A stretch of DNA of 64,000 nucleotides. It comes from an uncultured delta proteobacterium. GTDB lineage: Bacteria; Desulfobacterota; Binatia; Binatales; Binataceae. Below are positions 1-9,088 of this stretch, piece after piece. The stretch is from assembly GCA_963794325.1 (NCBI GenBank), contig CAWCDG010000002.1:160001-224000 (forward strand), written 5' to 3'. Position 1 is the first letter of the stretch; each line of letters begins with the position of its first letter. Made by a program: the position numbers and the translations under genes. Below the pieces are notes generated by a model. It saw nothing but the letters and a program-made list of their open reading frames with translations. It did not search any database and had not been told where the DNA came from.

Positions 1-2
1 TC

Positions 3-173
3 GAGATGACCGAACGGTCGCATATTCTGTACGGCAGCGACTACGTCCACACGCCGGAAGCGATCGTGTCGGCGCATCTGGCGGAATTGTTGAGCAGTAA
101 GTTGCTGTCTCCTGAGGACTTCCGCGCGATCGCGCGGGGAAATGCGCTCGCGTTGTTCCCGCGGCTTGGGTGA
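3..173 (+). CDS. Amidohydrolase-family protein, C-terminal fragment (gene starts before window)
   Basis: Manual translation EMTERSHILYGSDYVHTPE...IARGNALALFPRLG* carries the ILYGSDY and 'GNA..LFP' C-terminal motifs of amidohydrolase_2 decarboxylases. Confidence 0.7.
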   Translation, partial: EMTERSHILYGSDYVHTPEAIVSAHLAELLSSKLLSPEDFRAIARGNALALFPRLG

Positions 174-180
174 TGCTCTC

Positions 181-418
181 ATCCTAACCTCTCCTTGTCC
201 GAGGAGAGGTCGGCGAAAGCGGCGAAGCGGTGTCGCCGGGAGTGGTGCAACGCGCGACAGCCCACCAACTTCGGCTCGTTTAATCTCGACGCAGAGACAC
301 TAGTTCGCCGCTCGACAGCAGCACAACAAAAGCTTTACGTTACGGCCCGCTTTGCACCACTCCCGTCGCTCGCCTTCGGCTCGCGCCGACCTCTCCTCGG
401 ACAAGGAGAGGTTAGGAT
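181..418. repeat. 238-bp REPIN/MITE-like element with 35-bp terminal inverted repeats (copy 1)
   Basis: ATCCTAACCTCTCCTTGTCCGAGGAGAGGTCGGCG at 181 and its exact reverse complement ending at 418; inner arms GGGAGTGGTGCAA/TTGCACCACTCCC; second copy at 18751-18988. Confidence 0.85.
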
Positions 419-442
419 CGCGGCCCGCGCGTGCGGCGATTG

Positions 443-2194
443 CTACTTCCTTATGAAAGAGAAGTGATCCTCCATCTGCGCGTGGACGTTGGTCAGGTGG
501 GTGCAGTACTGGAAGAAGCCGCCGTTGTAGTTGCCGTCCTGGCGGCGCTGGAACTCGCCTTCGAAGTTGTAATAGCCGGGGGTGCATTCCTGATTGCGAT
601 TGGTCTTGCCGCGATGCTTGATGACCTCATTCACCCACCATTCCTCGGCGTCCGGCTTTGCGTCGATGGCCTGGATGCCGTGGCGGCGCGCGTACTCGAT
701 GCACGCGGCGATGTGATCGCCCTGCGCTTGCAGCATGTCAGTGAGGTTGAATTGGAATGACGCCTGATAGCCGCCCATGATGAACAGGTTCGGATAGCCC
801 TGTGAGTGGATTCCTAACAGCGTGCGGATACCCTCGCGATACTTATCATTGAGCTCGAGGCCCTGATCGCCTTTGATCTGGTTGTAGATGCCGGTCTTCT
901 GCACTTCGAAGCCGGTGGCATAGATGAGCACGTCGAGCTCGTACTGCTTGCCCTCGAATACCGGACCTTTCTCAGTGATCTCGGTGATGCCTTTGCCGTG
1001 GGTATCGACCAGGTGAACGTTGGGGCGGTTGAAGGTCGGCAGGTAGTCGTTGTGAAAGCACGGACGCTTGCACAGCAGCATGTACCACGGCTTGAGCGCG
1101 TCGGCGGTCGCCTTGTCCTTGACGATCGAATCGATGCGCTGATGGATCTTCATCATCGCCTCGATGTTGGCGTTCTCCTGCCGGCGGACTTTTTCCTCGG
1201 CGGACATCGCGGCATACTTCGCCGTTTGATCCGGGGTCATGAAGGGCTGCATCTTGGCGCGTTCGCGGCGCTTCGATTGCCATCCGGGCTTAAGTCTGCG
1301 CGCCCAGTTGGGATCGGTCGGCCAATCGTCGCGAACATCAATAGATGAGGGCGTGCGCTGGAAGACGTATAGCTCTTTGGCCGCCGCGCCCAGGCCGGGA
1401 ATCGCCTGGACCGCCGTCGCTCCGGTGCCAATGATGCCTACGACTTTGCCCTCGAGGCCCGAGAGGTCCGGCTTGGTGTAGGCATAGTCCCATCGCGAGG
1501 TATGAAAGGAATGTCCCTTGAACGTTTCGAGGCCTTTGATCTTCGCGAGCTTCGGCTTGGACAGAGTGCCGTTGGCGCAGATGACGAAGCGCGCCTTCAT
1601 ATGATCGCCGCGGTCGGTGGTGAGATTCCACATCTGCTCGATAGGATCCCATTCAGTCGAAGTGACCGTAGTCTGAAAGGTTGCCAGCTCGTAGAGGTTG
1701 TACTTTCTCGCGATCGCCTGACAATGCGCGAAAATCTCGGGGCCCTTGGCGTAGTGGTCCTTGGGGACGTAGTCCAACTCATCGAGCAGGGGCAGGTAGT
1801 CATACGCGACGACGTCGCATGCGACGCCGGGGTATCGATTCCAGTACCAGGTGCCGCCGACATCGGCGCCGCGCTCGACGATTCGAATACTCTCGACGCC
1901 ATGCTCGCGCAGCCGCGCCGATGTCAGCAGCGCCGAGAATCCTCCGCCGATAAAAAGGACCTCGACGGTATCGTTGATGGGATCGCGCGGCGTGACTTCG
2001 CCGGCATACGGGTCAACTTCGTACCGTGACAGTTTCCCCGAAAGGTCGGAGGTGTATTGCGCGGTGCCTTCGGGACGGTAGCTCAGCCGCAGATCGCGTT
2101 CCTCGGCAAACTTCCGCTTGACGCTATCGTAGAACTCTTGCGAGTGGGTCGGCTTCGCGACCATCCCAATCGGCTTCTCCGTCGATTCAGCCAT
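443..2194 (-). CDS. Type I Baeyer-Villiger monooxygenase (flavin-containing monooxygenase)
   Basis: GGGFSAL Rossmann motif, GGTWYWNRYPG, BVMO fingerprint FKGHSFHTSRW, second GTGATA motif. Start placed at MAESTEK. Confidence 0.9.
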   Translation of the reverse strand: MAESTEKPIGMVAKPTHSQEFYDSVKRKFAEERDLRLSYRPEGTAQYTSDLSGKLSRYEVDPYAGEVTPRDPINDTVEVLFIGGGFSALLTSARLREHGVESIRIVERGADVGGTWYWNRYPGVACDVVAYDYLPLLDELDYVPKDHYAKGPEIFAHCQAIARKYNLYELATFQTTVTSTEWDPIEQMWNLTTDRGDHMKARFVICANGTLSKPKLAKIKGLETFKGHSFHTSRWDYAYTKPDLSGLEGKVVGIIGTGATAVQAIPGLGAAAKELYVFQRTPSSIDVRDDWPTDPNWARRLKPGWQSKRRERAKMQPFMTPDQTAKYAAMSAEEKVRRQENANIEAMMKIHQRIDSIVKDKATADALKPWYMLLCKRPCFHNDYLPTFNRPNVHLVDTHGKGITEITEKGPVFEGKQYELDVLIYATGFEVQKTGIYNQIKGDQGLELNDKYREGIRTLLGIHSQGYPNLFIMGGYQASFQFNLTDMLQAQGDHIAACIEYARRHGIQAIDAKPDAEEWWVNEVIKHRGKTNRNQECTPGYYNFEGEFQRRQDGNYNGGFFQYCTHLTNVHAQMEDHFSFIRK

Positions 2195-2299
2195 GTGTTT
2201 TTTCTCCGGCAGGGGTGACCGCTGCACCCTGTATTAAGTCTGGATCGATTTTAATTTGACATCGTCGGTATTCGCCTTGACGGGGGCCGAGTCCTAGCG

Positions 2300-3964
2300 T
2301 CATCTCGAACCGTCGGTCTTCACGCTAATCGAGGAAGCGCCGGCACAGAGCCCGGCGCCCGAGGCAGCCACGATCCCCGCGGCGCCCGTATCGACCTCGA
2401 GCGGCGCGTTGTTCGTGATCACATTAGCGTTGAGCCTGACCTGGTTGCCCGCCCTGAGGACGAGGCGTGTGCCTGGTTTTCCACCTCGGCCATCGATGGC
2501 CGCATCGACCTCGAGGTCGTGAGCAGCCCGCAGGATTAGCTCGCGGCTATTCCCGGCCAACATTTGCGCCCTTACTGCGTTGGCCATCGACGGAGTTATC
2601 GTAAAGTCATATGGATCCAGAAGGAGGGTGCCCGCGACCCCGTTGACGGCGCTCAGATCGACGGTCCCGGCCAAGCTTAGCGTCCCGCCCGAGATCTCAG
2701 CGAAGCCGCCATTGCCCGATTGGCTGCCGCCGCGTGCGCTGATACTCCCCGCCATGCTGGTCGCGTCCTGCGACAAAACTGTCACGATGCCTCCGTTACC
2801 GGCGGTCAGCGCGTCGGCGATGATCTGGCTCCCCTGCGCGACGGTCGTGGTGTTCGCCACCGGCTCGCCGCCTACCGACGGGCCGCCTTTTGCGCGCTTC
2901 AGGGTGGTTCCGATCGCTGAGATTCCGCCGCCAGCGCCGCCCGCCAAATCGATCAGCCCCCCGGCGGCAAGCTCGGTCGAATTCCCCAGGACCTCGACGT
3001 CGCCGCCATACTCACCCGTTTTCACCCCCGAGGCATCGAGCGTCCCTGAGACGATCGCGGGACCCGGGCCTGCATCGACGACGATCTCCCCCGGTTGAAG
3101 ATTTGCGGTTCTCGCCTGCGTCACCCCGCTCACGTCAATCGAACTGCTGACGATCGGCTGCGCGGTGCTCGCGGCCAGCAGCACGATGCCGCCTCTGGCC
3201 CGGATCGCGCCGCTGTTCGAGACGAGGCTGCCGAGCGGCTCACCCTCGGGGTCCACGAGGCTCGGCGCAACAAAGTTGTCGTCGACCAGCTGAATCAGCG
3301 GGTTGCCGTTAGGATAGAGCGTAAAGGCATCTGCCGAGCCGAGCGCGACGCTGCCCAGCGGCGCCTGGATCACCCCTGAGTTCTCCACCCCGGGCGCCAC
3401 GAAGGCGAGCAGCCCGCCCTTGGCGACGCTGATCTCGCCGAGGTTCACGATGGTCGCCCCGAGGTTACTCCCCGCGCTGAAGGCCAGGTTGCCGCCGGCC
3501 ATGAAATTCTCGCTCGAGATCGTGGCAGTCGTCGTGACGAGCCCGCCCACCATCACCTTGGTCTTTTCTCCGTACAGCACGCCGTTGAGATTGACCGTAA
3601 AGACCTGCCCGTTGGCCGTCAGCCGTCCGAGGATGATTGACGGATTCGTCCCGCCTACCAGGTTGAGCACGGCCGCGCCCGCTGAAGGGCCGCTGAAGTT
3701 CACCGTCTCGTTCGCCCCGATCGCGAAACTCTGCCAATTGATAACCGCTTGGGGCGTGGTCTGGACAACGTTAAGCATGTGAGGTCCGCGATACATTATT
3801 TTGGCTGTCCCGGCTTGTACGACCCCGTCCTGAGGAAGGGCCCACGCGGGGCTCGCGCCAAGGACGGCTGCAGCGGCGATTGCAAACGCAACGGCCCGCG
3901 ATGTGACCTGCGGTGCCCCGGCCCGAAATCGCTGCCTGGGTTTCCCTGTTGCACGCACGACCAT
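2300..3964 (-). CDS. Filamentous haemagglutinin N-terminal (TPS) domain secreted protein
   Basis: Signal peptide ending AWA-LP, then TPS motifs AVINWQSFAIG, VLNLV, S.ILGRLTANGQVF.VN.NG, Gly-rich beta-helix repeats and LLLDP. Confidence 0.8.
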   Translation of the reverse strand: MVVRATGKPRQRFRAGAPQVTSRAVAFAIAAAAVLGASPAWALPQDGVVQAGTAKIMYRGPHMLNVVQTTPQAVINWQSFAIGANETVNFSGPSAGAAVLNLVGGTNPSIILGRLTANGQVFTVNLNGVLYGEKTKVMVGGLVTTTATISSENFMAGGNLAFSAGSNLGATIVNLGEISVAKGGLLAFVAPGVENSGVIQAPLGSVALGSADAFTLYPNGNPLIQLVDDNFVAPSLVDPEGEPLGSLVSNSGAIRARGGIVLLAASTAQPIVSSSIDVSGVTQARTANLQPGEIVVDAGPGPAIVSGTLDASGVKTGEYGGDVEVLGNSTELAAGGLIDLAGGAGGGISAIGTTLKRAKGGPSVGGEPVANTTTVAQGSQIIADALTAGNGGIVTVLSQDATSMAGSISARGGSQSGNGGFAEISGGTLSLAGTVDLSAVNGVAGTLLLDPYDFTITPSMANAVRAQMLAGNSRELILRAAHDLEVDAAIDGRGGKPGTRLVLRAGNQVRLNANVITNNAPLEVDTGAAGIVAASGAGLCAGASSISVKTDGSR

Positions 3965-3998
3965 GATCTTCCTCCCGGCCCTAACTTAAGAGCTTGCG

Positions 3999-4952
3999 CT
4001 ATAGCGGGAAGCGCTCGTTGACCATCTCCTCGCTCTTTTTCCAGAGGTCGTTGGCGTGGGCGAGGTTCAATGCGTATGAGCGCACGCCGACGCGCGATGT
4101 CGTGTCGTCATTCACTTCGCATACGTGGCAGTCCTCGCAATAGTGGCCGCCGACCGCGTCGGCCGAGCCGACGAAACCGCTCCACACTGAAGTCGCCGAT
4201 CCTTGCGGCACGCTTTTGAACCGGAACCCCGGCGCCTGACCTGGCTTTGCAGCTTTGTTAATCCGCGCCATCATCTGCTCGACAAGTTCCGGCGTCATGT
4301 GGCGCCCAAGCTCGGTCTGGATTCCGCCGGGATGGATCGAGGTCGCGCGCACGCCGCGTCCCTTGAGGCGGCTGTCGAGCGCGACTGCATACAGAATGTT
4401 CGCGGTCTTCGAGCGGCCGTACGCGGTGAAGGCCTGATAAGGAGTGCGCTCGAAATTCGGATCCTCGATATCGACGTCGCTTATCTGATGACCGGCCGAA
4501 GAGAGCGTCACGACGCGCGCGCCCGATTTCAGAAGAGGCACGAGGCGGTTGACGAACACGAAATGGCCGAGGTGATTGGTGCCGAATTGCGTTTCGAAGC
4601 CGTCCTGGGTCTTGCCCTGCGGACACGCCATCACGCCGGCATTTGCGATGATCACGTCGAAGGGCTTGGCGCGCTTGAGTAATTCGTCCGCCGCTTTGCG
4701 CACGCTGGCGAGCGACGCGAGATCCATCTCGACAAGATCTACTGATGGGTTACCAGCTTGCGCCAGCGCATTGCGCGCCTTCGACAGATCGCGCGCCGTG
4801 CCGACGACATTGCCGCCATGCGCGACGACCGAGCGCGCAGTTTCAACGCCCAGCCCGGCGGAGACGCCGGTTACGAGTACGCGCTTGCCCGAAAGATTGA
4901 CGCCGTCGAGGACTTCATCAGCGGTCGATTCCGCTCCGAATGTTTTTGCCAT
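3999..4952 (-). CDS. SDR oxidoreductase (retinol/protochlorophyllide reductase-like)
   Basis: TGVSAGLG, NAGVM, QFGTNHLGHF and YGRSK catalytic motif. Confidence 0.9.
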   Translation of the reverse strand: MAKTFGAESTADEVLDGVNLSGKRVLVTGVSAGLGVETARSVVAHGGNVVGTARDLSKARNALAQAGNPSVDLVEMDLASLASVRKAADELLKRAKPFDVIIANAGVMACPQGKTQDGFETQFGTNHLGHFVFVNRLVPLLKSGARVVTLSSAGHQISDVDIEDPNFERTPYQAFTAYGRSKTANILYAVALDSRLKGRGVRATSIHPGGIQTELGRHMTPELVEQMMARINKAAKPGQAPGFRFKSVPQGSATSVWSGFVGSADAVGGHYCEDCHVCEVNDDTTSRVGVRSYALNLAHANDLWKKSEEMVNERFPL

Positions 4953-5140
4953 TGTGTTTTCTCCGAATTCGATTCTTCGCTGCTCAGGATTGCACAAAAA
5001 GTGGCGGCGCGGGAAACGTGAACAATGCGAAGAATCTAACCCCTTTTTTTCAGTATTAAGGCCGCGCTCCGTTGTCGCGCGCGGATTACGCAAGAAGCTA
5101 AAACTGCTCCCAAAGATCGGGATTGAGGTTGAGCCAAAGA

Positions 5141-5282
5141 ACCTGACCCCTAACCCCTTCCCATAGTGGGAAGGGGAACCGGATTATGGGGAGTAGCCTC
5201 TTCCCGAGCGGGAAGAGGAACCGGATTATTGGGGGCAACCTCTTCCTAAGAACGGGGACCGGATTTGGATGAGGGAAGGGGA
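5141..5282. repeat. REP-like hairpin cluster (three ~40-bp degenerate tandem units)
   Basis: CCCCTAACCCCTTCCC-atagt-GGGAAGGGGAACCGGATT followed by two degenerate CCTCTTCC...(A/G)ACCGGATT units; related copies at 16250 and 45286. Confidence 0.75.
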
Positions 5283-5298
5283 CAATCGAAAAAAAACT

Positions 5299-6965
5299 TC
5301 AAACGGATTTGCCTTTGCGCGATTCTTCCTGCTTCCGTAGCTCGACGCGGCGGATTTTTCCGCTGACTGTTTTGGGGAGCTCGTCGATGAATTCTATTTC
5401 GCGCGGGTATTTGTAGGGCGCCGTGATGCGCTTGCAGTGTTCCTGCAGCTCGGTGACCAGATGATCGCCGGGCTCGGTGCCGGGGCGGAGCTTTACGAAG
5501 GCTTTGACGATCGAGCCGCGATCCGCGTCAGGAGTCGCCACCACTGCGGACTCCATCACCGCGGGGTGCTCGAGCAGGGCGCTTTCGACTTCGAACGGGC
5601 CGATTCGGTAGCCCGCTGAGATGATTACGTCGTCGGCGCGGCCAACGAACCACAGATAGCCGTCGGCGTCGCGGGTCGCCTGATCGCCGGTCAGGTACCA
5701 ATCACCCTTGAACACGCCGGCGGTCTCTTCGGCGTTTTTCCAATATTCGAGAAACAGCGATGGGGGACGCTCCGGAGCTACGCGCAACGCTATCTCGCCG
5801 AGCTCGTCGACGTTGGTTTCGGCCAGGTCGTTGTTAATCACGCGGACGTCATGGCCGGGAAATGGCAGACCCATCGAGCCCGGCTTGACCGGCATCGCCG
5901 GGCATGTTCGCCGCCAGGATAGTCGTTTCGGTCTGTCCGTAGCCGTCGTGAATCGTGAGTCCCAGTTTCTCGCGCCAGACCTCGATCACTTCGGGATTGA
6001 GCGGCTCGCCGGCGCCGGTGCAATGCCTCAGTTTCGGAAATTCGTAACCCGCGAGGTCTTGCTTGATGATCATCCGATACTCAGTCGGCGGCGCGCAGAA
6101 AGTAGTGATGCCGTACCGTCCGAGCAGCTCGAGTTCTTTGGCCGGGTCGAAGCGGCCGTTGTACATGAAGGTCGTCACACCGTTCATCCACGGCCCGAAC
6201 AGCACGCCGTACGCCGCCTTGGCCCATCCGGTATCCGAGGTTGTCCAATGGACATCGCCGGGCCGCAAATCCAGCCAATTGAGTCCGGTGAACTTGTGGC
6301 TGTAGGTATAGCCGTGACTATGCAGGACGGCCTTAGGCTCGCGGGTCGTGCCGGAAGTGTAGTAGCAAATCGCGGGCTCCGACGACCTGGTAGCCGCGGG
6401 CTTGAACGATGCCGACGAGTGACCCATGTATTCCTGCAAGCTGATCCATCCGGTGCGCGCGGCGCCGCATATCAGGTAGTGCTCGATGCTGGGGCATTCC
6501 TTGCGCAGGTCGGCGACCATCGTGGCATTCTCGACGCATGCGATAATCGCGCGCGCGCCGGAGTGATTGGCGCGATAGACCAGATCTTTCTCGCGCAGCA
6601 TCGAGGTGCACGGGATTACGATCGCGCCGAGCCTCAGCGCGCCGACATAGGCGGCCTGCCACAGCGAGATTCGCGGAAGCACCAGCAGGACCGCGTCGCC
6701 GCGCTTGATTCCGTGACCCGCCAGCACGTTCGCGATGCGCTTCGACTGCGCCGCGATGTCGGCGAAGGTCAGCCGCGCACGCCGGCGCTCGCCGTCCTCC
6801 CACAGAATGGCGACGCGATGCGGATCTTCGGCGAACTTGTCGATCACGTCGGCGAAATTGAAATGTTCCGGCGTCTCCCATCGGAAGTCGCGATACTTGC
6901 GCCGATACAGATCGATGGCGTCGGAGTTGATTGGATCGGTCTTTATCTTCTTATCTATCAGTCAT
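5299..6965 (-). CDS. Medium-chain acyl-CoA synthetase (ACSM/AcsA-like AMP-binding protein), frameshifted near 5897
   Basis: ORFs 5849..6847 (YTSGTT, GYGQTE) and 5299..5895 (TGD, GRADD, PKTVSGKI) join with removal of one base; frame stays open upstream of 6847 (FRWETPEHFNFAD); exact start uncertain. Confidence 0.8.
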
Positions 6966-8644
6966 TGGCGCGAATTCCCGCGCGCCGCATGCTCGGCTGG
7001 CGCTTGCGAGCGCTTCGCCGCCGCCTTGATATATTTCACGGTTACCGGCGACAGGTCGTCGCGTTCGACGCGCACGTCGATTATCGCGAACGATTTGCAG
7101 TCATGCGCCGCGCGGAGAGCGTCGCGCAACTGCTCGACGGTGGTCGCCTCGAATCCCTCGCCGCCCCAGTCGCGCGCGAGTTGCGCATACGGCCACGGCG
7201 GAATCTCGAGCAGCTCGCGCCGCTCGGCAATCGGCCGGAAGATACCCCATCCGCCGTTGTTGATCAGCACAACGATCGGATTGACGCCCTTGGCCGGCGC
7301 CTGCGAAATTTCCGGGCCGGTCATCTGGAAGCCGCCGTCACCGCACATCACGAGCGGACGAAGTCCACTGCCGATTTGTGCGCCGAGCGCCGCGGGCACC
7401 GCAAATCCCATCGACGCGTAGAATCCCTGCGCGAAGTAGCCGTTGTTGTGCGGCACCCGGATGTCGAGCCCGCCGAACAGCATATCGCCGGACTCGGTGA
7501 CCACAATGTAGTCGCGCTTGTCGGCCAGGAATTCGTTGACGACGGAGAGGATCTGGCTGACCTTGACCGGCTTGCCGTTGCGCGCGGCAATCTCGCGAAG
7601 ATTGTCGGCGTAATGAACCTTCTCGTGATGCATCCGGATTTTCTCGCGCAGCAGCGCCCGCGTGAAATGACGCACTCCGACGTCGGTGTAGGTGTGATAC
7701 TTCACGTCGACCTTGCGATCGACCGCCCACACCGTTTTTTCCTGAATCACGTGCGGCGGACGGTTGCCGAAATTCATGTCGGTCCGGAGACATCCGAGGT
7801 TGAGCACGAAATCAGCCTCGTCCATCCGCGCGACGATCGACGGCGGACTGATCGGGCCGACATGCACGCCCATGTACAGCGGATGGTCCATCGGGAACGC
7901 GCCCTTGCCGAGCACAGTCGTGAACACCGGCGCGCCCATCTTCTCGGCCAGCTCGAGGAGATCGTGCGAGGCCTTGAAGCGGTGGACCTCGATGCCGGCG
8001 ATCAGCACCGGCTTGCGGGCCTGATTGAACATCGCGGCGGTCTCGTGCGCCGCTTCCTCGACCTTGCGCGCGTCGGATTCCTGAAAGTGTAGACGCCCGT
8101 CCCATTCGATCAGCTCCTCGGGGACTTCGATCTGCCGATCGACCATATCGCGATGAATCTCGATGTAGCCGGGCCGCTGCTCGGCCCAGATGCGCTTGAC
8201 GACGCGATGTAACTCGTCGGCGGCGCTGCCCGGATCAGTCAGCACGGCGCTCGCGCAAGTGACTTCATTATAGATGCGTCGCTGCGATTCGATCTCGCGG
8301 GCCTGGTGATGGATCAGCGTGCCGAGTTTGCGTTCCTCCTCGCCGGGGCCCCCTGAAAAGATCAGAATCGGCACGCGCTCCGAGAACGATCCCGCGACCG
8401 GATTCACCATGTTGTGGCCGCCGGCGCCGTAGGTGACGCAGATGACGCCGATTTTGCCGGTCGCGCGCGCGTAGCCGTCGGCGGCGAAGCCGACCCCCGG
8501 CTCATGCGACAGGGTAATGATCTCGAGCCCGTGCTTGCGGCCCAGCGCGAAAAACAGCTTGAGCGCGAGGTCCCCGGGGATGCCGAAAACATGCGACACC
8601 CCAATCTTGCGCAGATAGGCGACCAGAAAATCGCCCAGCGCCAT
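6962..8644 (-). CDS. ipdC: TPP-dependent 2-oxoacid decarboxylase (indolepyruvate/phenylpyruvate decarboxylase family)
   Basis: FGIPGD, HEPGVGFAADGYAR, TYGAG, HH motif (LIHHQ), TPP-binding GDGGFQMTG...NNGGW. Confidence 0.75.
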   Translation of the reverse strand: MALGDFLVAYLRKIGVSHVFGIPGDLALKLFFALGRKHGLEIITLSHEPGVGFAADGYARATGKIGVICVTYGAGGHNMVNPVAGSFSERVPILIFSGGPGEEERKLGTLIHHQAREIESQRRIYNEVTCASAVLTDPGSAADELHRVVKRIWAEQRPGYIEIHRDMVDRQIEVPEELIEWDGRLHFQESDARKVEEAAHETAAMFNQARKPVLIAGIEVHRFKASHDLLELAEKMGAPVFTTVLGKGAFPMDHPLYMGVHVGPISPPSIVARMDEADFVLNLGCLRTDMNFGNRPPHVIQEKTVWAVDRKVDVKYHTYTDVGVRHFTRALLREKIRMHHEKVHYADNLREIAARNGKPVKVSQILSVVNEFLADKRDYIVVTESGDMLFGGLDIRVPHNNGYFAQGFYASMGFAVPAALGAQIGSGLRPLVMCGDGGFQMTGPEISQAPAKGVNPIVVLINNGGWGIFRPIAERRELLEIPPWPYAQLARDWGGEGFEATTVEQLRDALRAAHDCKSFAIIDVRVERDDLSPVTVKYIKAAAKRSQAPAEHAARGNSRQ

Positions 8645-8761
8645 GTGCCTCTTCACTCCGCGTCGCCCTCCTCGGCCTGTGCTAATTGTAACAAAAATGC
8701 ATTCGCCGCAGGACATCTTCGACGGCTGGTTGTGCTAGAGTATAATTCGACGGGAAAAGAG

Positions 8762-9076
8762 ATGTTTTCGAAGATACTTCGCATGCAATTCCTGGGGCCG
8801 ATGCAACTGAGCCGGCTCGTGATGTATCTGCCGCAGTTCGTCCGCTTGTTTTATCGGCTGTGGACTGACGCGCGCGTGCCGATGCTGGCGAAAGCCGTGC
8901 CCTGGATGGGCCTGGCGCTGATGATCACGCCGCCGGCGCTCGAGCTCGACATGATTCCAATAATCGGCGAGCTCGACTGGATTGTCATCGCCTATCTCTC
9001 GCTCAAAGTGTTCATCTGGCTCTGCCCGCCCGACGTGGTACGCGAACACGTCATCCAAATCGGGCGTGGCGAATAG
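8762..9076 (+). CDS. YkvA/DUF1232 family membrane protein
   Basis: DARVP..AK, hydrophobic helix, P...DMIPIIGELD motif. Confidence 0.75.
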   Translation: MFSKILRMQFLGPMQLSRLVMYLPQFVRLFYRLWTDARVPMLAKAVPWMGLALMITPPALELDMIPIIGELDWIVIAYLSLKVFIWLCPPDVVREHVIQIGRGE

Positions 9077-9088
9077 CACATCACGCTG

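Noticed and set aside
195-467. Apparent paralogous small proteins 'MSEERSAKAAKRCRREWC' (also 18754..18975)
   Set aside because: Translations of the 238-bp palindromic repeat; TTG starts without RBS and inconsistent stop positions.
5141-5282. Possible CRISPR array
   Set aside because: Only three degenerate units with no unique spacers of regular length and no cas genes; REP-like instead.
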